Below are positions 12,550 to 26,175 of a stretch of DNA of 64,000 bases, in pieces. The position numbers and the translations under genes were made by a program. The stretch covers positions 223,882,001 through 223,946,000 of the forward strand of contig OZ024740.1 in assembly GCA_964016885.1 (NCBI GenBank), read 5' to 3'. The first letter of the stretch is position 1. Each line of letters begins with the position of its first letter. The stretch is from Eledone cirrhosa (taxonomy: Eukaryota). The notes under the pieces are model-generated. The model was not told the DNA's origin. It made no database searches and was given only the letters and a program-made list of their open reading frames with translations.

Positions 12550-14445
12550 GTGGTAGAACACTGGAAGGGAATATCCGTAGTAGTAGAGCACTCAGTCCAT
12601 GGGACGAGTTAGGGAGAAGTGGTTACACAACAGTTAGTTCACCTAACCGAGAACAATTGTTTCACCTTAGCGGATCCTCAGCTCGTAATGGACATGGTTA
12701 TACGGAACAGGAAGGACAACCGTACGAACGCGCATTCGCAGCAACGATCACTTAACACAGGCAATACTAAATTGCGTGTGAGAGGTGTAAGGGAGATAAC
12801 TGCGAACGTCCGAAAGTTTCTAGCTGATAAGAAAATTAGGATGTTGTAATTCAATCCGGAGCTTTGTAGTTATGTAAGAGATGTTTCCAGACGTGTGGAC
12901 AACGTGTGAAGAATTCATTTCTCGGGTTTAGGCAATCACTATTGCGTAATCTCTTTCGAATATTATATTTATTCGTTCATCAATACAGGATTGCCCCTTG
13001 CGTATGGCTTTCCATTGAATGGAGTAGTCTATACATACGTGGTCGACTAGTGGTTCAGGAAGCGTTCCTTAAATCACCCCTCCGCCATACCCACATAGGA
13101 TTTGACCTCCTGTGGTTGATTTGGTCGGTTGGAAGTGACCACAGCTTCATAAACTACAGCGGGTGTGTTGCATTGCTGTTGAAGGGGACAAGCTTCGGGC
13201 TTACGGCAAGAGCACCCTGGTAGGGTGTTGCTCTTAGGGCTGTTGGTGATGTGGGCCTCCGTGTTTTAGCGCAGGAGTATCCTAGTTTTTCTTTGTGTTG
13301 GTTAAAGATGGAGCAGTATTTATTACCTATGGGAAAGTGTCTATCTAAGAGGGCTAGACATTTTTTGCCTACATTGGTTTTAACGTTGAGTGAGAAGGGA
13401 GGAGAGAACCAGATAGTTTGTCTATTGTTACGCTTTCTTTTCTTATTGTTGTTCTTGTCAGTGGGAGAGTAAGTGATAGGTTGCGTGAAGCCGCTGTTAG
13501 CTAACGCCGTGTTATAGTAGGGTGCCGCCCTGTCAAAGACAGCCTTAGTAGAGGAGATGTTTGAGATTCTAGTACTCATATTATTTACGAAGTTTCTAAA
13601 AATAGTGGGAGGGTGGCATGAGTCCTTGTGAATGTAATTGAGTTTTTCGTTTAGCTTATGGAAGGGTCTGTAGGTATGTGTGTGAAGGTCTAAATTAATG
13701 TCTAATAAATCTACGCTAGAGAGGTTGGTAGCTGCTGTTATCGTAAGTCCTAACTCATTGAAGGTAAAAGCTAATTCTTTTTTAAACCGGTCGCGGTCAT
13801 GACCATTTTTATGGCTCTATAAGGTCAGTCCATCGCCGGTATATTCCCGTGTGAAAGTCCGGGAATCTAACACGTAATATGTCTAAAATAAATAGGCCAA
13901 CCAAGTCGCATAAGTCAGCACTGTCAAACGATCCCATTGAGACGTCGAATAGGTATGAAGTTGTTGACTTCTTTGCCCAGGCTACTCCGTTGTTGAAGAG
14001 GAGGGTTTTCCGGCAGAGAGCGATGATTTCCCTGTCTAAACCATCGACGGTTGTGTAAGTCCAACGCTTTATTTAACAGGGTCTCTGAGATCAACGGGTA
14101 AACATCAACAATGTAAAAGTGTGTGAACCTCGCTTTTGGGGATTTGAATGAGTTAAACCACTTTATTACGGAGTCGCTGTTATCCCACCGGGACAGGTTG
14201 GACTTGGTCCTAATGGTCTTAACTATGTTTCAAAGTATGGCCTTACTGACTAGTCCCATATCTGTGCGTGCCGGGTTTATTAGTCTACATGTGGGGTTAG
14301 AAGTAAAGTCTACCTTGTGATCTTTCAGGGTGAGGAACGCCTCCCGCTTAGCTAGAGATTGTAGCTTCTTATCTACCTTAAGGGCGGCGGCAAGTTCATT
14401 GGCTTCTGTATTAATGTTGTGGTAGGCCATAGGGTTAGCTTTCTT
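12550..14445 (-). mobile_element. Decayed 5'-truncated Naiad-type Penelope-like retroelement (RT, GIY-YIG, 3' UTR)
   Basis: Fragments AFLTLKDHKVDFTSNPTCRLINPARTDMG, IWFSPPFSLNVKTNVGKK and CSCRKPEACPLQQQC..VVYEA..SYVGMAEG are colinear with the 53453-55686 ORF. Many stops and frameshifts. Confidence 0.9.
12648..12685 (-). ncRNA. Minimal type I hammerhead ribozyme, family D, in the 3' UTR of the Naiad fragment
   Basis: Minus strand reads CGAG-CTGAGGA-TCC(gctaa)GGT-GAA-ACAATTGT-T-CTCG, with palindromic helix III ACAATTGT and a GUU triplet. Confidence 0.7.
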
Positions 14446-14457
14446 ATATATATATAA

Positions 14458-14558
14458 GAACATTTTCAAGACATTTTCCTATTACCCACTCTACTACCAT
14501 AAGTATTGAGTACTCTTGTGCGTCATGGTCCTCCTGGTTCCTTACCACACTTCTTTCG

Positions 14559-14560
<2 letters not shown>
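14458..14560 (+). repeat. 103-bp direct repeat, copy 2
   Basis: Matches 11928-12030. Confidence 0.92.
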
Positions 14561-14596
<36 letters not shown>

Positions 14597-15427
14597 ATGA
14601 TGCTGGTGGTAGTAATAGTGTACAGAATACCTGAACATGTGATCTGGTGTCTTGAGATAGTAAGAGGGGTAATTATAAACGAAAATATATATTGAACAAT
14701 TTAATTTTATTATTAGAACATTGAACTCTGATATAATTAGGTATGTGATCATTTATTTTCTCTGTAGAAACGATTTTAATCAATAGTATGATTTTGACAG
14801 TTACTATTCCTTTTAACTCCCATAAATGTGTTAAATAGAATCACCATCATCATCAACAGCAGCACCACCATTATCAACATTGTCATCATTATCATCAACT
14901 ACAAGAAATGTAAAGCTATTCTCTTGTTAAAACAGAGGGTTGCACTGTAGGCCCCATACAACAAGCTTTATACTCATGATGGTGTCCCTTTTGAGGCAAT
15001 GTATTATAGTTAGATATTATTCCTGTCACCAATCCCTTTAGTTCTTACAACATGCGGGTATATAATGTATCATGTTTGTAATACACTATTGATAAGTTAA
15101 TTAATATCAAGAAACTATTTGTCTTTTACACTATTTAAAACTGCAACAGAGTTGGGGTTTTTCAATGTTGAAATACATTAAAACTATAAATAACAAGGCA
15201 TCATTCCATAGAGCCATGTCATTAACAGACATGTATATATGGAATCAAACCTTGTTATCCATCAGTTGGGAAAGAGGTAACATGGAAAAGGAGGTGGACA
15301 TATTTTATTGCTGGTAGTGTCATAAGTTATTAGTTGGAAGTCTATGCAGTGTTTTCATAAGTTGGTGCATATACTGAGAGAGAAAGGGAGAATGAGATAG
15401 ATAGATAGATAGCTATATAGATAGATA

Positions 15428-16347
15428 AATTTCTTTATTAGCCACAAGGGCACAAAAGAAGGCGACAAATACAAATGGAAAGTTTACATATGAAAATAAA
15501 ACTATTAATACAATAACAAATAACAATTGAAATCCCCAATAGTGGGGAGGCGTTACACAGGGGTTGTACACCCCCCCCCCCAAAAAAAAATGTACAACCC
15601 TCATCTCCAGGTGCACCAAGAGTGAGTACTCCCTTCCTCTCTTCCTCTTTTTCCTCAACCTACAGGCTTATATAGAGAGAAGGCCCAACCACTCGGGCCA
15701 TCTTTGCCACATTCACCCACCTTTTATGAAATTTGCTGGGTTACAGGACCTCTCTCTCCATCCTGATTCTTCTTCCAAAATGATATTTGAAAAAACGAAT
15801 CAGTGCTCACCGGAGAGAAAGGTGTCTGACCTCAGCCCTATTAACCTCGTCCACCATATAACCTCTTTTACCATAGCCATAACACATAGGAAAACCGCCT
15901 CTCCCTAGTTTTTGAAGGAGGGTGGCGGTTTGATCATGACAATGGACTCGGTGGTTAACTGGATTGGTCCCACCCGCGACAATAGTCGTTCTACATAGCC
16001 CCACAGGTCGGTAACGCCCGGGCAGTGTACAAATGCGTGCGCGACTGTTTCCTCGTCGCGCACGCATCTCAGACAGATTTTTTGAGAAGGGTCCCTACCC
16101 GGGCGCCCGTATCTATAGAGCTTGTCTCGAACTGGTAGAACTCCTCGGTAGCACTGCCAGGCCAGGGACGTTTGGAAGTTGTCCATTGGTCCCGGGCGGA
16201 AGGTCCTACCGAACAGACGGGCCAGTTCGTCCTCCTCTACGCCCAGAGTTTCTCCGAGCGTGTCGTCGCACTTGCTGCGGACCAACCCTCTATAGAATGT
16301 CGAAGTGGAGTCTCCACTGACCGCCCGGTCCGTTTGCCAGAGGACTG
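15428..16347 (-). mobile_element. Tx1/L1-clade LINE, 5'-truncated copy 1 (ORF2 C-terminus and 3' UTR)
   Basis: zf-RVT-like WQCYRGVLPVRDKL..CLRCVRDEETVAHAFVHC. AATAAA followed by (TATC)n at the 3' end. Confidence 0.9.
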
Positions 16348-16373
16348 TGGATAGATAGATAGATAGATAGATA

Positions 16374-18509
16374 AATTTCTTTATTAGCCACAAGGGCACA
16401 CAAGAAGGGGGAAAATACAAATGGGGAGTTTATATACAGGTATATGAAAATAAAACTATTAATACAATAACAAATAACAATTGAAATCCCCAATAGGGGG
16501 GAGGTGATACACAGGGGTTGTAAATACCCGAAAACATGTACAACCCTCATCTTCAGGAGCACCAAGAATGAGTACTCCCCTCCTCTCTTCCTCTTTTTCC
16601 TCAATCTACAGGCTTATATAGAGAGAAGGCTCAACCACTCGGGCCATCTTTGCCACATTCACCCACCTTTTATAAAATTTGCTGGGGTACAGCACCTCTC
16701 TCTCCATCCTGATTCTTCTTCCAAAATTATATTTGAAAAGACGAATCAGTTGCTCGCCGGAGAGAAAGGTGTCTGACCTCAGCCCTTTTAACCTCGTCCA
16801 CCATATAACCTATTTCACCATAGCCATAACACATAGGAAAACCGCCTCTCCTTCGTTTTAGAAGGAGGGTGGCGGTTTGATCATGACAATGGTTTCGGTG
16901 GTCAATCGGATTGGTCCCAACCGCGATAATAGTCGTTCTACATAGCCCCACAGGTCGGTAACGCCCGGGCAGTGTACAAATGCGTGCGCGACGGTTTCCT
17001 CGTCGCGCACGCATCTCGGGCAGATCTATTTCGAAGGGTCCCTACCCGGGCGCCCGTGTCTGTAGAGCTTTTCTCGAATTGGTAGAGTTCTTCGGTAGCA
17101 CTGCCAGGCCAGGGACTTTTGGGAGTTGTCCATTGGTCCCGGGCGGAAGGTCCTACCGAACAGACTAGCCAGTTCGTCCAACTCTACGCCTAGAGTTTCT
17201 CCGAGTTGTCATCGCACTTGCTGCGGACCAACCCTCTGTGTAATGTCGAAGTGGAGTCTCCACTGATCACCGGGTCCGTTTGCCAGAGGACTTTGAGCAC
17301 CTGAGCACATTCGATGTGCCAGTCGCCCATTTTCCTCGGTCTTTGCTTGACCCAGGACTGCAGCTCGGTCAGCGAGACGAGTCGTGAGAAGGCTCGCCTC
17401 ATGAACGGGGCCCACACTGGTTGTCTGGTGAGGAATACGTGGAGGTGCCGCAGCCTGAGCGCGTTTTTGCCACATCGTCAGCCACGGCATCCACAGCCTT
17501 ACGTTTGAGGGGTGTTGGCAGCAGATAGATCTTCTCACCAAAGGAGCCCTTTCCTTCCAAAGGAATTGGAAGAGTGCGCACTCCAGTTTGGCGAGCGTTT
17601 TGGCTGGACAAGGCACGACGGTCAAGCAGTAGTAGATGACGGACGCTATAAAAGTGTTCGCCAATCTCCGCTCGATCTTTCAAGGATAGTTTGCACTCGG
17701 CCCGCTTCTGGGTGACTGCAAACACCTTGGCCGTTACCTCGTTCCAGTTCTTCTCCACCTGGAGGTCCGGACCAAACAGACCCCGAGCAGCTTTACCGGT
17801 CCTTCCGTCGAGCGCCCGACGACGCCATCAGAAGGTATCGGTTTTCCTCTTCACGTTCCGAGTTGCAAACCGACGGATTTTCGCTCCTGTGAACATTTCG
17901 TATTCCTCCTGTTAAGTGCCGATCTCCCCGATTTGCGAGGTGCTTGACACCATTACTGTAATGTCGCCGCTTTTCGCAGTCCCGGTTCCAAAGGGATGCC
18001 CTGAAATAGCTCCAACTTCCGCAGTAGTGGCTCGAGAATCAGTACGTGCAGAAGGTAGGAGAGAGGGCATCCCTGTCGGATGGATCGCGTGATATGGAAC
18101 GGATCCGAGAGGTAGCCGTTCACCTTGACCCTTGAACAGATGTTGATGCTGTGCATTGCAGCAATCCAGCCCCTGAACACGGGTCCGAAGCCTGCCGCCT
18201 CGAGCACCGCATCCAGGTAACGATGGTCAACACTATCGAAAGCCTTAGACTGATCCAAGTTCATCAGGGCCCCAGCGAAGCCGGGTTTACACCCTACCCT
18301 CTCTATGATGTATCGCATGAGGTGGAGGTTGTCGTGTATGGACCTGGTCGGGATTGCGCATGTCTGCGCTTCTCCCACCAGGTTTTCGACGTCAAACGCC
18401 AGCCACTTTGCCAACACCTTGGCCAAAATCTGTAACTCTGTGTTGAGCAGAATTATGGGCCGGAAGTTGCCTATGTCATCCCCCTTGTTCTCATCCTTCC
18501 TGACTAACG
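16374..18509 (-). mobile_element. Tx1/L1-clade LINE, 5'-truncated copy 2 (RT domain to 3' UTR), frameshifted
   Basis: RT motifs NFRPIILLNTELQILAKVLA, QTCAIPTRSIHDNL, LDQSKAFDSVDH and SIRQGCPLS. The 3' part is highly similar to copy 1. Confidence 0.93.
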
Positions 18510-18539
18510 TAGACCTAACTATCTCCTAGGTAGTGATAG

Positions 18540-18540
18540 G

Positions 18541-18609
<69 letters not shown>
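18540..18609. repeat. (GATA)n tract (also at about 15396-15427 and 16350-16373)
   Basis: Directly visible. Each tract abuts the 3' end of a Tx1-like copy. Confidence 0.97.
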
Positions 18610-18611
<2 letters not shown>

Positions 18612-20262
18612 CTTTCTTTTTATTTGCCACCAGGTCATCAACAGTGGGACAAGTACAAAGGGGGGAGTTTACATGCAAAGGCGTCCTGAATATGGAGGAG
18701 GCAATAACAAGATATAAAAGTATAAAAATAAAATAAAATATAACAAAATAAATTTCATAACAAAATCCTCAATAGGGAGGAGGCGCCTTGGGGGTCGCAC
18801 ACACCCCCGAAAAAAAGTGTGCACCCTTCTCATCAGGAGCACAGAGAGGGGGTGCTCCCTTGGTCTTTCATCTTCCTCACCTATAGTCTGATGTAGAGTG
18901 AAGGCCCATTCACACGGGCCATTCTCGTCACTTTCACCCATCTTTCATAAAAACGGCTGGGGTGCAGCACCTCTCTCTCCATCCTGATCCTTCTTCCGAA
19001 ATGATATCGGAAGAAACGGACCAGTTGTTGGCCAGAGAGAAAGGTGTCTGACCTCAGTCCTTTCAGACGCGTCCACCATACAACCTCTTTCGCCATGGCT
19101 ATTACGCACAGAAACACCGCCTCTCCTTCGTTTTTGAAGAGGGAAGGCGGCTTGATCGTTACAATAGACTCGGTGGTCAACCGGATCGGTCCCACCCTTG
19201 ACAGCACTTGTTCAACATAGCCCCTCAGATAGGCAATGCCCGAGCAGTGTACCAATGCGTGTGCAACGGTTTCCTCGTCGCACACGCATCTGGGACAGAT
19301 CTTTTTCGAGGGGTCCCTACCCGGGTACCCGTGTCTGTAGAGCCTTTCTCGAACGGGCAGAGCCCCGCGGTAGCACTGCCAGGCCAGGGACCTCTGGAAG
19401 TTATCCATGGGTCCCGGGCTGAATGTCCTACCGAACAGGTTGGCCAGTTCGTCTTCCTCCATGCCTAGGGCTTCTCCGAGGGCGTCGTCGCACCTGCTAA
19501 CCACCAGCACTCTATAGAATGACGAGGTGGATTCTCCACTGACAGCCGGGTCCGCCTGCCAGAGAGCCGTGAGCGCCTGGGCAAACACGGTGTGCCAGGC
19601 GCCCAGTTTTCTCGGTCTTTGCTTGACCCAGGATTGCAGCTCGGTGAGTGAGACGAGTCTGGGAAAGGCTCGCCTCACAAACGGGTCCCACACCGGTTGA
19701 CTGGTGAGGAATACCTGGAGGTGCTGTAGCCTTAATGCGTGTTTACGTATCATTAGCCACGGCATCCCCAGCCCTCCTTTCGAAGGGTGTTGACAGCAGA
19801 TGGATCTCCTCTCCATAGGAGCCCGCTTCTTCCAGAGGAATTGGAAGAGTGCGCGTTCCATTTTGGCGAGTGTTTCCCTTAGGCAAGGCACGACGGTCAG
19901 GCGGTAGTAGATGACGGACTCTATATAAGTGTTCGCCACCTTTCAGGGACAGTTTGCACTCGGCCCACTTCTGGGTCAGTGCAAACACCCTGTTCGTTAC
20001 CTCACCCCAGTTCTTCTCCACCTGGAGGTCTGGTCCGAACCAGACCACGAGCAACTTCACCGGGCTCTCCGTCCAGCGCCCGACGACGCCATCGGAGGGC
20101 ATCGATCTGCCCCTCCACGTGCCAAGTTGCAGACCGAGCGACTTGTCCCGGTTCAGCTTAGCCCCTGTAAACCTTTCGTACTCCTCCAGTAAGGTGCCGA
20201 TCGCCCCGATTTCCGAGGCCGTCGACACCATTACTGTTACGTCGTCAGCGTAGGCCGACATG
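18610..20262 (-). mobile_element. Tx1/L1-clade LINE, 5'-truncated copy 3 (more divergent subfamily)
   Basis: SAYADDVTV catalytic motif (ORF 19743..20261) and a 352-aa C-terminal ORF with CPRCVCDEETVAHALVHC. Confidence 0.93.
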
Positions 20263-20860
20263 GGAAAAAATACCTTTGATTTTAGGATGCAAGACCTAAT
20301 GTTATATAATGAAGGGCCTGAAAGAGAATAAGTTATATGTTCGTTTTATGCTACTTAGTGAAGGTAAAAAATAACAACACCCAATGAGTTTCTTAGAGCC
20401 TCTGACAGTAAAGCGAGAGGAGGTTAGCCTCAAGAATAAACATGGCTTGAATGTTTTCAGCAGAGTAGATGCTGCAAAAGATATTCATAGTGCAAGTGGT
20501 AGTATTAAACCAGATTATAGGTTATGTCTTCCAATGGAGAAGAGGAACAGTGTCTCTGATAATGTTCAACAAACGTTTTGACCATTAAATATCCCTCACA
20601 AAGCTTCAGGTAATCAGTGGTTATATTAGAAGGCACTTGCCACATGAGCCACATTGTTGGATTTAATGCAAAACCATGTAAATTTGAACTGAACTAACTT
20701 AACCAAACATCTATAGCTTGAATTAATACAACAAATCCCTAAACCCAATATGTGCTCTGCAAGTGAGTTTATAAATATCAACATATCATTTAAAAAAAGA
20801 ATATAAACTGTTAAATGATGAGTAATATTTAAAGCTCCTTAATTCTTTCATGTCTATATT

Positions 20861-21063
20861 TACGAGGGTCAACTGTAAGGTTCATAAGGCTGACTATGAT
20901 GGATTGATACTATAGAAGTGAAATCTTATATGCATTCATTTCAAATCTTGTCATTAATAACTGCATTGTTTCATTCCAGGGACTATGTTGAAAAATAAAC
21001 CTTACTTGATCATTCCATGAGAGCTTCTTGTTTAGCCTATGAACTTTTCACCTAAACCTCGTA
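20861..21063. mobile_element. Mariner-derived MITE
   Basis: Imperfect TIRs TACGAGGGTCAACTGTAAGGTTCATAAGGCT and AGCCTATGAACTTTTCACCTAAACCTCGTA, with terminal TA. Confidence 0.7.
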
Positions 21064-22651
21064 TATTTATAATAAAATACACTACCTAAAATTTTCAAAT
21101 AATTTTGAAGCTAATCAAGATTTGGGGGAGGTTTTGAAAAAAAAAAATGTTTCGAATGATTTCTCTGATGTTTAAAGAATAATTTAACAAAGGTTTCTAC
21201 ATAATACTATGTTGGAAGGTTTTTACATTAATGTACATATTTTAAAACAAATATTTTTGTGCTGTAGAACCAGGAGCAGTGTCTGACAGTTTGCTATTAT
21301 AGGGTTTAGTTATATTTCTCATATTTATGAACATAAAATGTATTTCAGGAAATAACCATTGTATTCAAATTTCAAAGTTACAATGTATTTCATCTGATTA
21401 CAAAGAATATTTTCTTTCAAATGGAGATAGCTGATAAAATAAACATTGTAATATGCTTAGAGGATTTTCTCTGTTATGACAGATGGAAATCTAGTTTGTA
21501 AACAAAAGTTATCATCATTTTGAGTTGAGGCTATATTTATAAAGTAATAATTTAACATAGGCCTGGCCTCTAGATGCTGAACAAGGAAATGAATAAGTTG
21601 GGTTTGTGGAAGTTAAAACTCAAAAAGGAAATGAGAAATAAGACAAAACTGAAATCTATAATCATAAGAGCTTGGAACATTAAATTAAAATAAAACATTT
21701 GATGATACTGTTAAGTGTTTTATATAAATAGAGAAGTGTCATTTCCAGAAGCTCAGGGAAAAGTGGATGCCTTAAATTAAGTGATTGTTAAGAATATTGT
21801 TATTTTATGCATTTCATTTATAGATATTTTAATTCAATTTCTGTGTAAATTTCATACCAGAATGATGATAAATTTAAATTTTTGCTTATGGTTTTTGCTG
21901 TGTTGCCTTCAAGTAGAATTCAAATGTTGTTAATAACAGTGTATGCCCATAAGTTGTCACAATGTCTAATCCCTTCAAATGCTATCAAAGAATGTATATT
22001 AAATCAAAATGTTACAATGATTTTATGCATGAATAAATTTACACACAGTTGAGAGGGCACATGACAGTTATTATGGGTTTGCTCTTACAATCATATCATT
22101 GTGGGTTTGATTCTCTAATATAGGGGAGAGTTTTGAGTCATTGTGAAAAGCCTTTCTGTTCACATTGCTCTAGCCCACACAGTGGGAAATAAATACTGCC
22201 ATCAACAGCTGCAGCTCCATTATAACTTTGTGATGAACTGGGATCCTGCACTTTCAGTCATTTTTTGCCACCTGAAACCAGGATAAAGTAAAAACTGATC
22301 AGCTTATAGGTTCAAGAAATACTTTATCTTTAACATCATTAACTCCTAAGTTGTAAGAATTCCACTAATTGTTTTTCCCTCATTGCATAATTATATCAAA
22401 TTAGACTTTTTATTTTTACTATATTGAATATGCTATAACTAATTCAAATATTATCATTATTTCTGTATTTTGTTTTAATTTTAGGCATGGTTTCTCCAGC
22501 TGACAGCCCTTCCTAATGCCAGCGGTAGAAACCATACCAGATATGGAATATATGAGCAACACGTGGCACTCACACCCATCTCATCTCGGGTTGTGGCAAC
22601 CTTTCCAATTCATGCCAGCATGGAAAGACTGACATAAAACGAGGATAATGA

Positions 22652-22830
22652 TAATTGTTTCTACTTTAGGCACAAGGCCAGCAATTATCCCAGTGCATTA
22701 CTGGTACATTATTTTATCGACCCCGCAAGGATGAAAGGCAAAGTCGACCTCGGCCGGATTTGAACTCAGATCGTAAAGGGACGTAACTATGCTGGGAAGC
22801 ATGGCGCCGACCCTCTACTGATACTGCCAA
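22652..22830 (-). mobile_element. tRNA-derived SINE, same family as 6371
   Basis: Near-identical blocks to 6371-6541 and 36226-36414, including the B box GAGTTCAAATCC on the minus strand. Confidence 0.88.
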
Positions 22831-25800
22831 TGATAATAAGGATTAATATGTAAATATGTGGCATGCAATCTCCTAAATATGTAAAAGATACAGCATGGCT
22901 AATGACAATAACTCCAGCACCAAGAGTCCTTATTGAAAACGGTTATTCTACATCATAAACCTCCCAATGTAAATAATTTTATTTGCATCCATTCTTGGTT
23001 ATCATATGCTGGCAATCAAAAATATTTTTAAAATTTGAAAAAGTATTTTTGATTTTAACATGCAAACACAGAAAGGCCAACACACCAGTACGGAAAGCCT
23101 GCACATTTAGATACTAGGGAATCTAAAACTGTTGCACTTCAGTGATAAGAACACTGCTTCTACCAATCAAGCTATGCATAGCAAAGATTTTTTTTATACA
23201 ACTGATGCACTCATGGCCCTCAGTAAGGAGAGTACTCTCCAAAGTCTGATCCACATCCACAAACAATATACGTGTACTCCCTAACTGCTTCATCAACAAA
23301 GCAGAAATGTACATATACATTGTACACATGGCTATCTGCAAAACCAGTGGTGGATCATTTATTGGAAACACTGTCTAGAGGATACGCCCATATGGATAAA
23401 AACATCATACAAATATGCTTCATCCAAAAAGCACCTACAAAAATGCCACATCCAGGATTTTAGGTTCAGTATAGAAGCCACTGTGAGGAATATTTGTAAC
23501 TTGCATATCAAAAAGGTCCTTCTTATCACCAGCTCTACACCTAGTATTATCAAAAGATTTGTGCATGTTTTTTTTCCACTAATGATTAGTCGTACAACAA
23601 AGAATATCTCGGAAGAACAATACACTCTGATTTTTTTCCCATTCTTCATTTGAAAAAAGTTTTTCTAACCTTGAAATATCATGAAATATATCGTAAAAAC
23701 TATTGTTTTATTTTATGTTCTTACTTTACACTACTCTGGTTTCACTATTATATTTCTTTTTCACATTGTACTGGCTTTCCCGAAGCATTGTTAAAAATAA
23801 GATAATTGTACATAACCTATTTAACTAAATATATATAGCTGAATGAATATTTTTTGTTTTATATGCTCTTGGATGTATGATATAACACTTTTTACTTTAG
23901 AGTTTTATAGTTTTCTAAAAACTTCCTAACATCAGTTTAACAATAAGAAAGTTAATAATTTTAATAAATCTTTCCAACTTTTTGATTATTTTCACATTTA
24001 GAAACATGGCAATCAAATGTTAAATATTAAAGGTTTTTATAATCTTTATTCAATAGGTTGTTTCATAATAAAGAAGGAACAACTAACTATGCTGTTGTAT
24101 CTTTTCTTTGTTCTGTGACATGGTCTATCTTTTCTAACATCTCACAATATAATATAATATTACCTGCATATGCAAAAGATATATAATGTTTGAAATATTC
24201 CATGAAGCCAGAAATATTTTTTTTTTTGAAATCTCATATAAACATTGTTTTATTCACTTGCATCTCACCTCTTTGTATCAGTTTATTTATAAAGCATGTA
24301 AAGTTAGTTTTAGTTTACTTCAGTCGAAATGAAAATAAAATCTTTCAAATATTTCTATGGTGTTACATTCTTTTAAAGAATTTTTGATAAAAACGTCTCT
24401 TGGAGTTATTTATATTAATTCTTACTATAGTTTTATTATATGCATGTGCTGAAAACGACAGCAGTGAATCCATGTGTATCAACTGCAATTTGTATAGGAC
24501 AAAGCAGGTTTCATCATCATAATCACCATTAGGTTTTACATTGAGTTCTGTTTCTATACTAGCATGGATTGGACAAGGTTGTTTGAAGTGGAATTCTACA
24601 GGTGAATGCCCTTCCTGTTACCAAAGATCACTTGTTTTCTTTTAATAAATTACTGATCTTTACATGGTTAACTGCAGAGCAGTGAGATATCTGATTAGAT
24701 AGAGTGTAAAGAAATATCACTGCTTGCAATGTTGAATAGGCAAACAAAGATATATTCACTCACACACATACACACATGTACACACACACATACACACATG
24801 TACACACATACACACTTACACACTGACACACTGACACACATTTATATACAATGGGCTTTCTTACAGTGTTTGTCTACCAAATTCACTCCTTGTCCAGGGT
24901 GTCCCATAGTGGAAAAGAAGACAATATGGTTGTGAAGTGACTTTCTTAGCCACACACACAGTCAGACCTTCATTTCTGCAGAAAAATAATGATTCAGAAA
25001 TTTGGAGATAGCCAGAATGACAAACTTCTGATGTTTCTAAACAATCATGCTTAATGATCAATATATAAAATCGCCCCCCCCCCATCATCATCTCTCCTCC
25101 TTCTTGTCATCATCCCTCCCCCTCCTCCTCATCCTAATCATTAACATCATTTTTACATTTATTTGTCTGTGCTGATATGGGTTGGACAAGATACATTGAG
25201 ACAGAATCTTATGGTCAGATGTTCTTCCTGGTATTAACCTTCATTTTTCTTTATTTTTCAAATTTTTTAAAAGAAAGGTATGGATCTGCACATGTCTAAC
25301 TACTGGACCTTCTGTTGATGAAAGATGTAAACAAATATTACGACCAGTGATATTAAATGAGTAAACATGAAAAAATATTTTGAAAACACATTGGAAAAAT
25401 ACTTCCGAAATAAAATTGAATGGAACTTTACATTTAACTGATGAGTTACAGTATTTATGCTCATGAAGGACATAAACAAATAGCAGTACTGGTAATGTTA
25501 AATGTGAAAAAGTGAAAGAATATTTTGAAAGCATGCTGAGAATAATATGTCTAAAGTAAAGCCATCCTTCATAGTAATGTCAGTAAAATGAAATCAGAAA
25601 AATAGCAGCAATAACAACTGCTGATGAGCTAAGAGCTTACACCACACTGTAAAGATCAATTGGGAAAATTATCGCCAAGCCATAATCAAAGGTCAAACTT
25701 CAAATCAGCACCAGCAGAATATGTTCAGAAATGGAATGAAAATGTAAATTATCTATCATATTGGATTGTAGTCAGCATAATTATCAAAGAAATGCAGTAG

Positions 25801-26175
25801 AAGCTATATAAGATCAAAGAGACATCCAAACTAGTATTGTTGATGAATCCCATTAGACGTCATAGTTCCGACCTCTACCTAGGTTATCTAGGGATTCTTA
25901 AGTATGTTACATTTGACATCAATGCTGGCACTGCAGCATATCAGAATAGAAAAGTGGTGATATTATAACAAGTGTTTAATAAGTGAAATGGTCGAGGTCA
26001 AAGTTTTAAACAAGACGAATTTTGTAAAAATAATGGGAATGTGTGTTGGTGTATAAGTGTATGTTTATGTATATGTGTGGTATGTGTTTGTAGGTGTGCA
26101 TGTGTGTGTATGTTTAAAGGGTGGTTGTTATGAACAGGAGATGAGAATTTCTGTTTAGAAATATTGTTAAACTAC

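Noticed and set aside
13040-13225. Selenocysteine recoding in the Naiad elements, as reported for some Naiads
   Set aside because: Conserved Cys positions use TGT/TGC in both elements. The in-frame TGA here is not at a Cys site and occurs with TAG stops, consistent with decay.
25438-25645. Two CTGATGAG motifs (25438 and 25621)
   Set aside because: No correctly placed GAAA, helix III or helix I.
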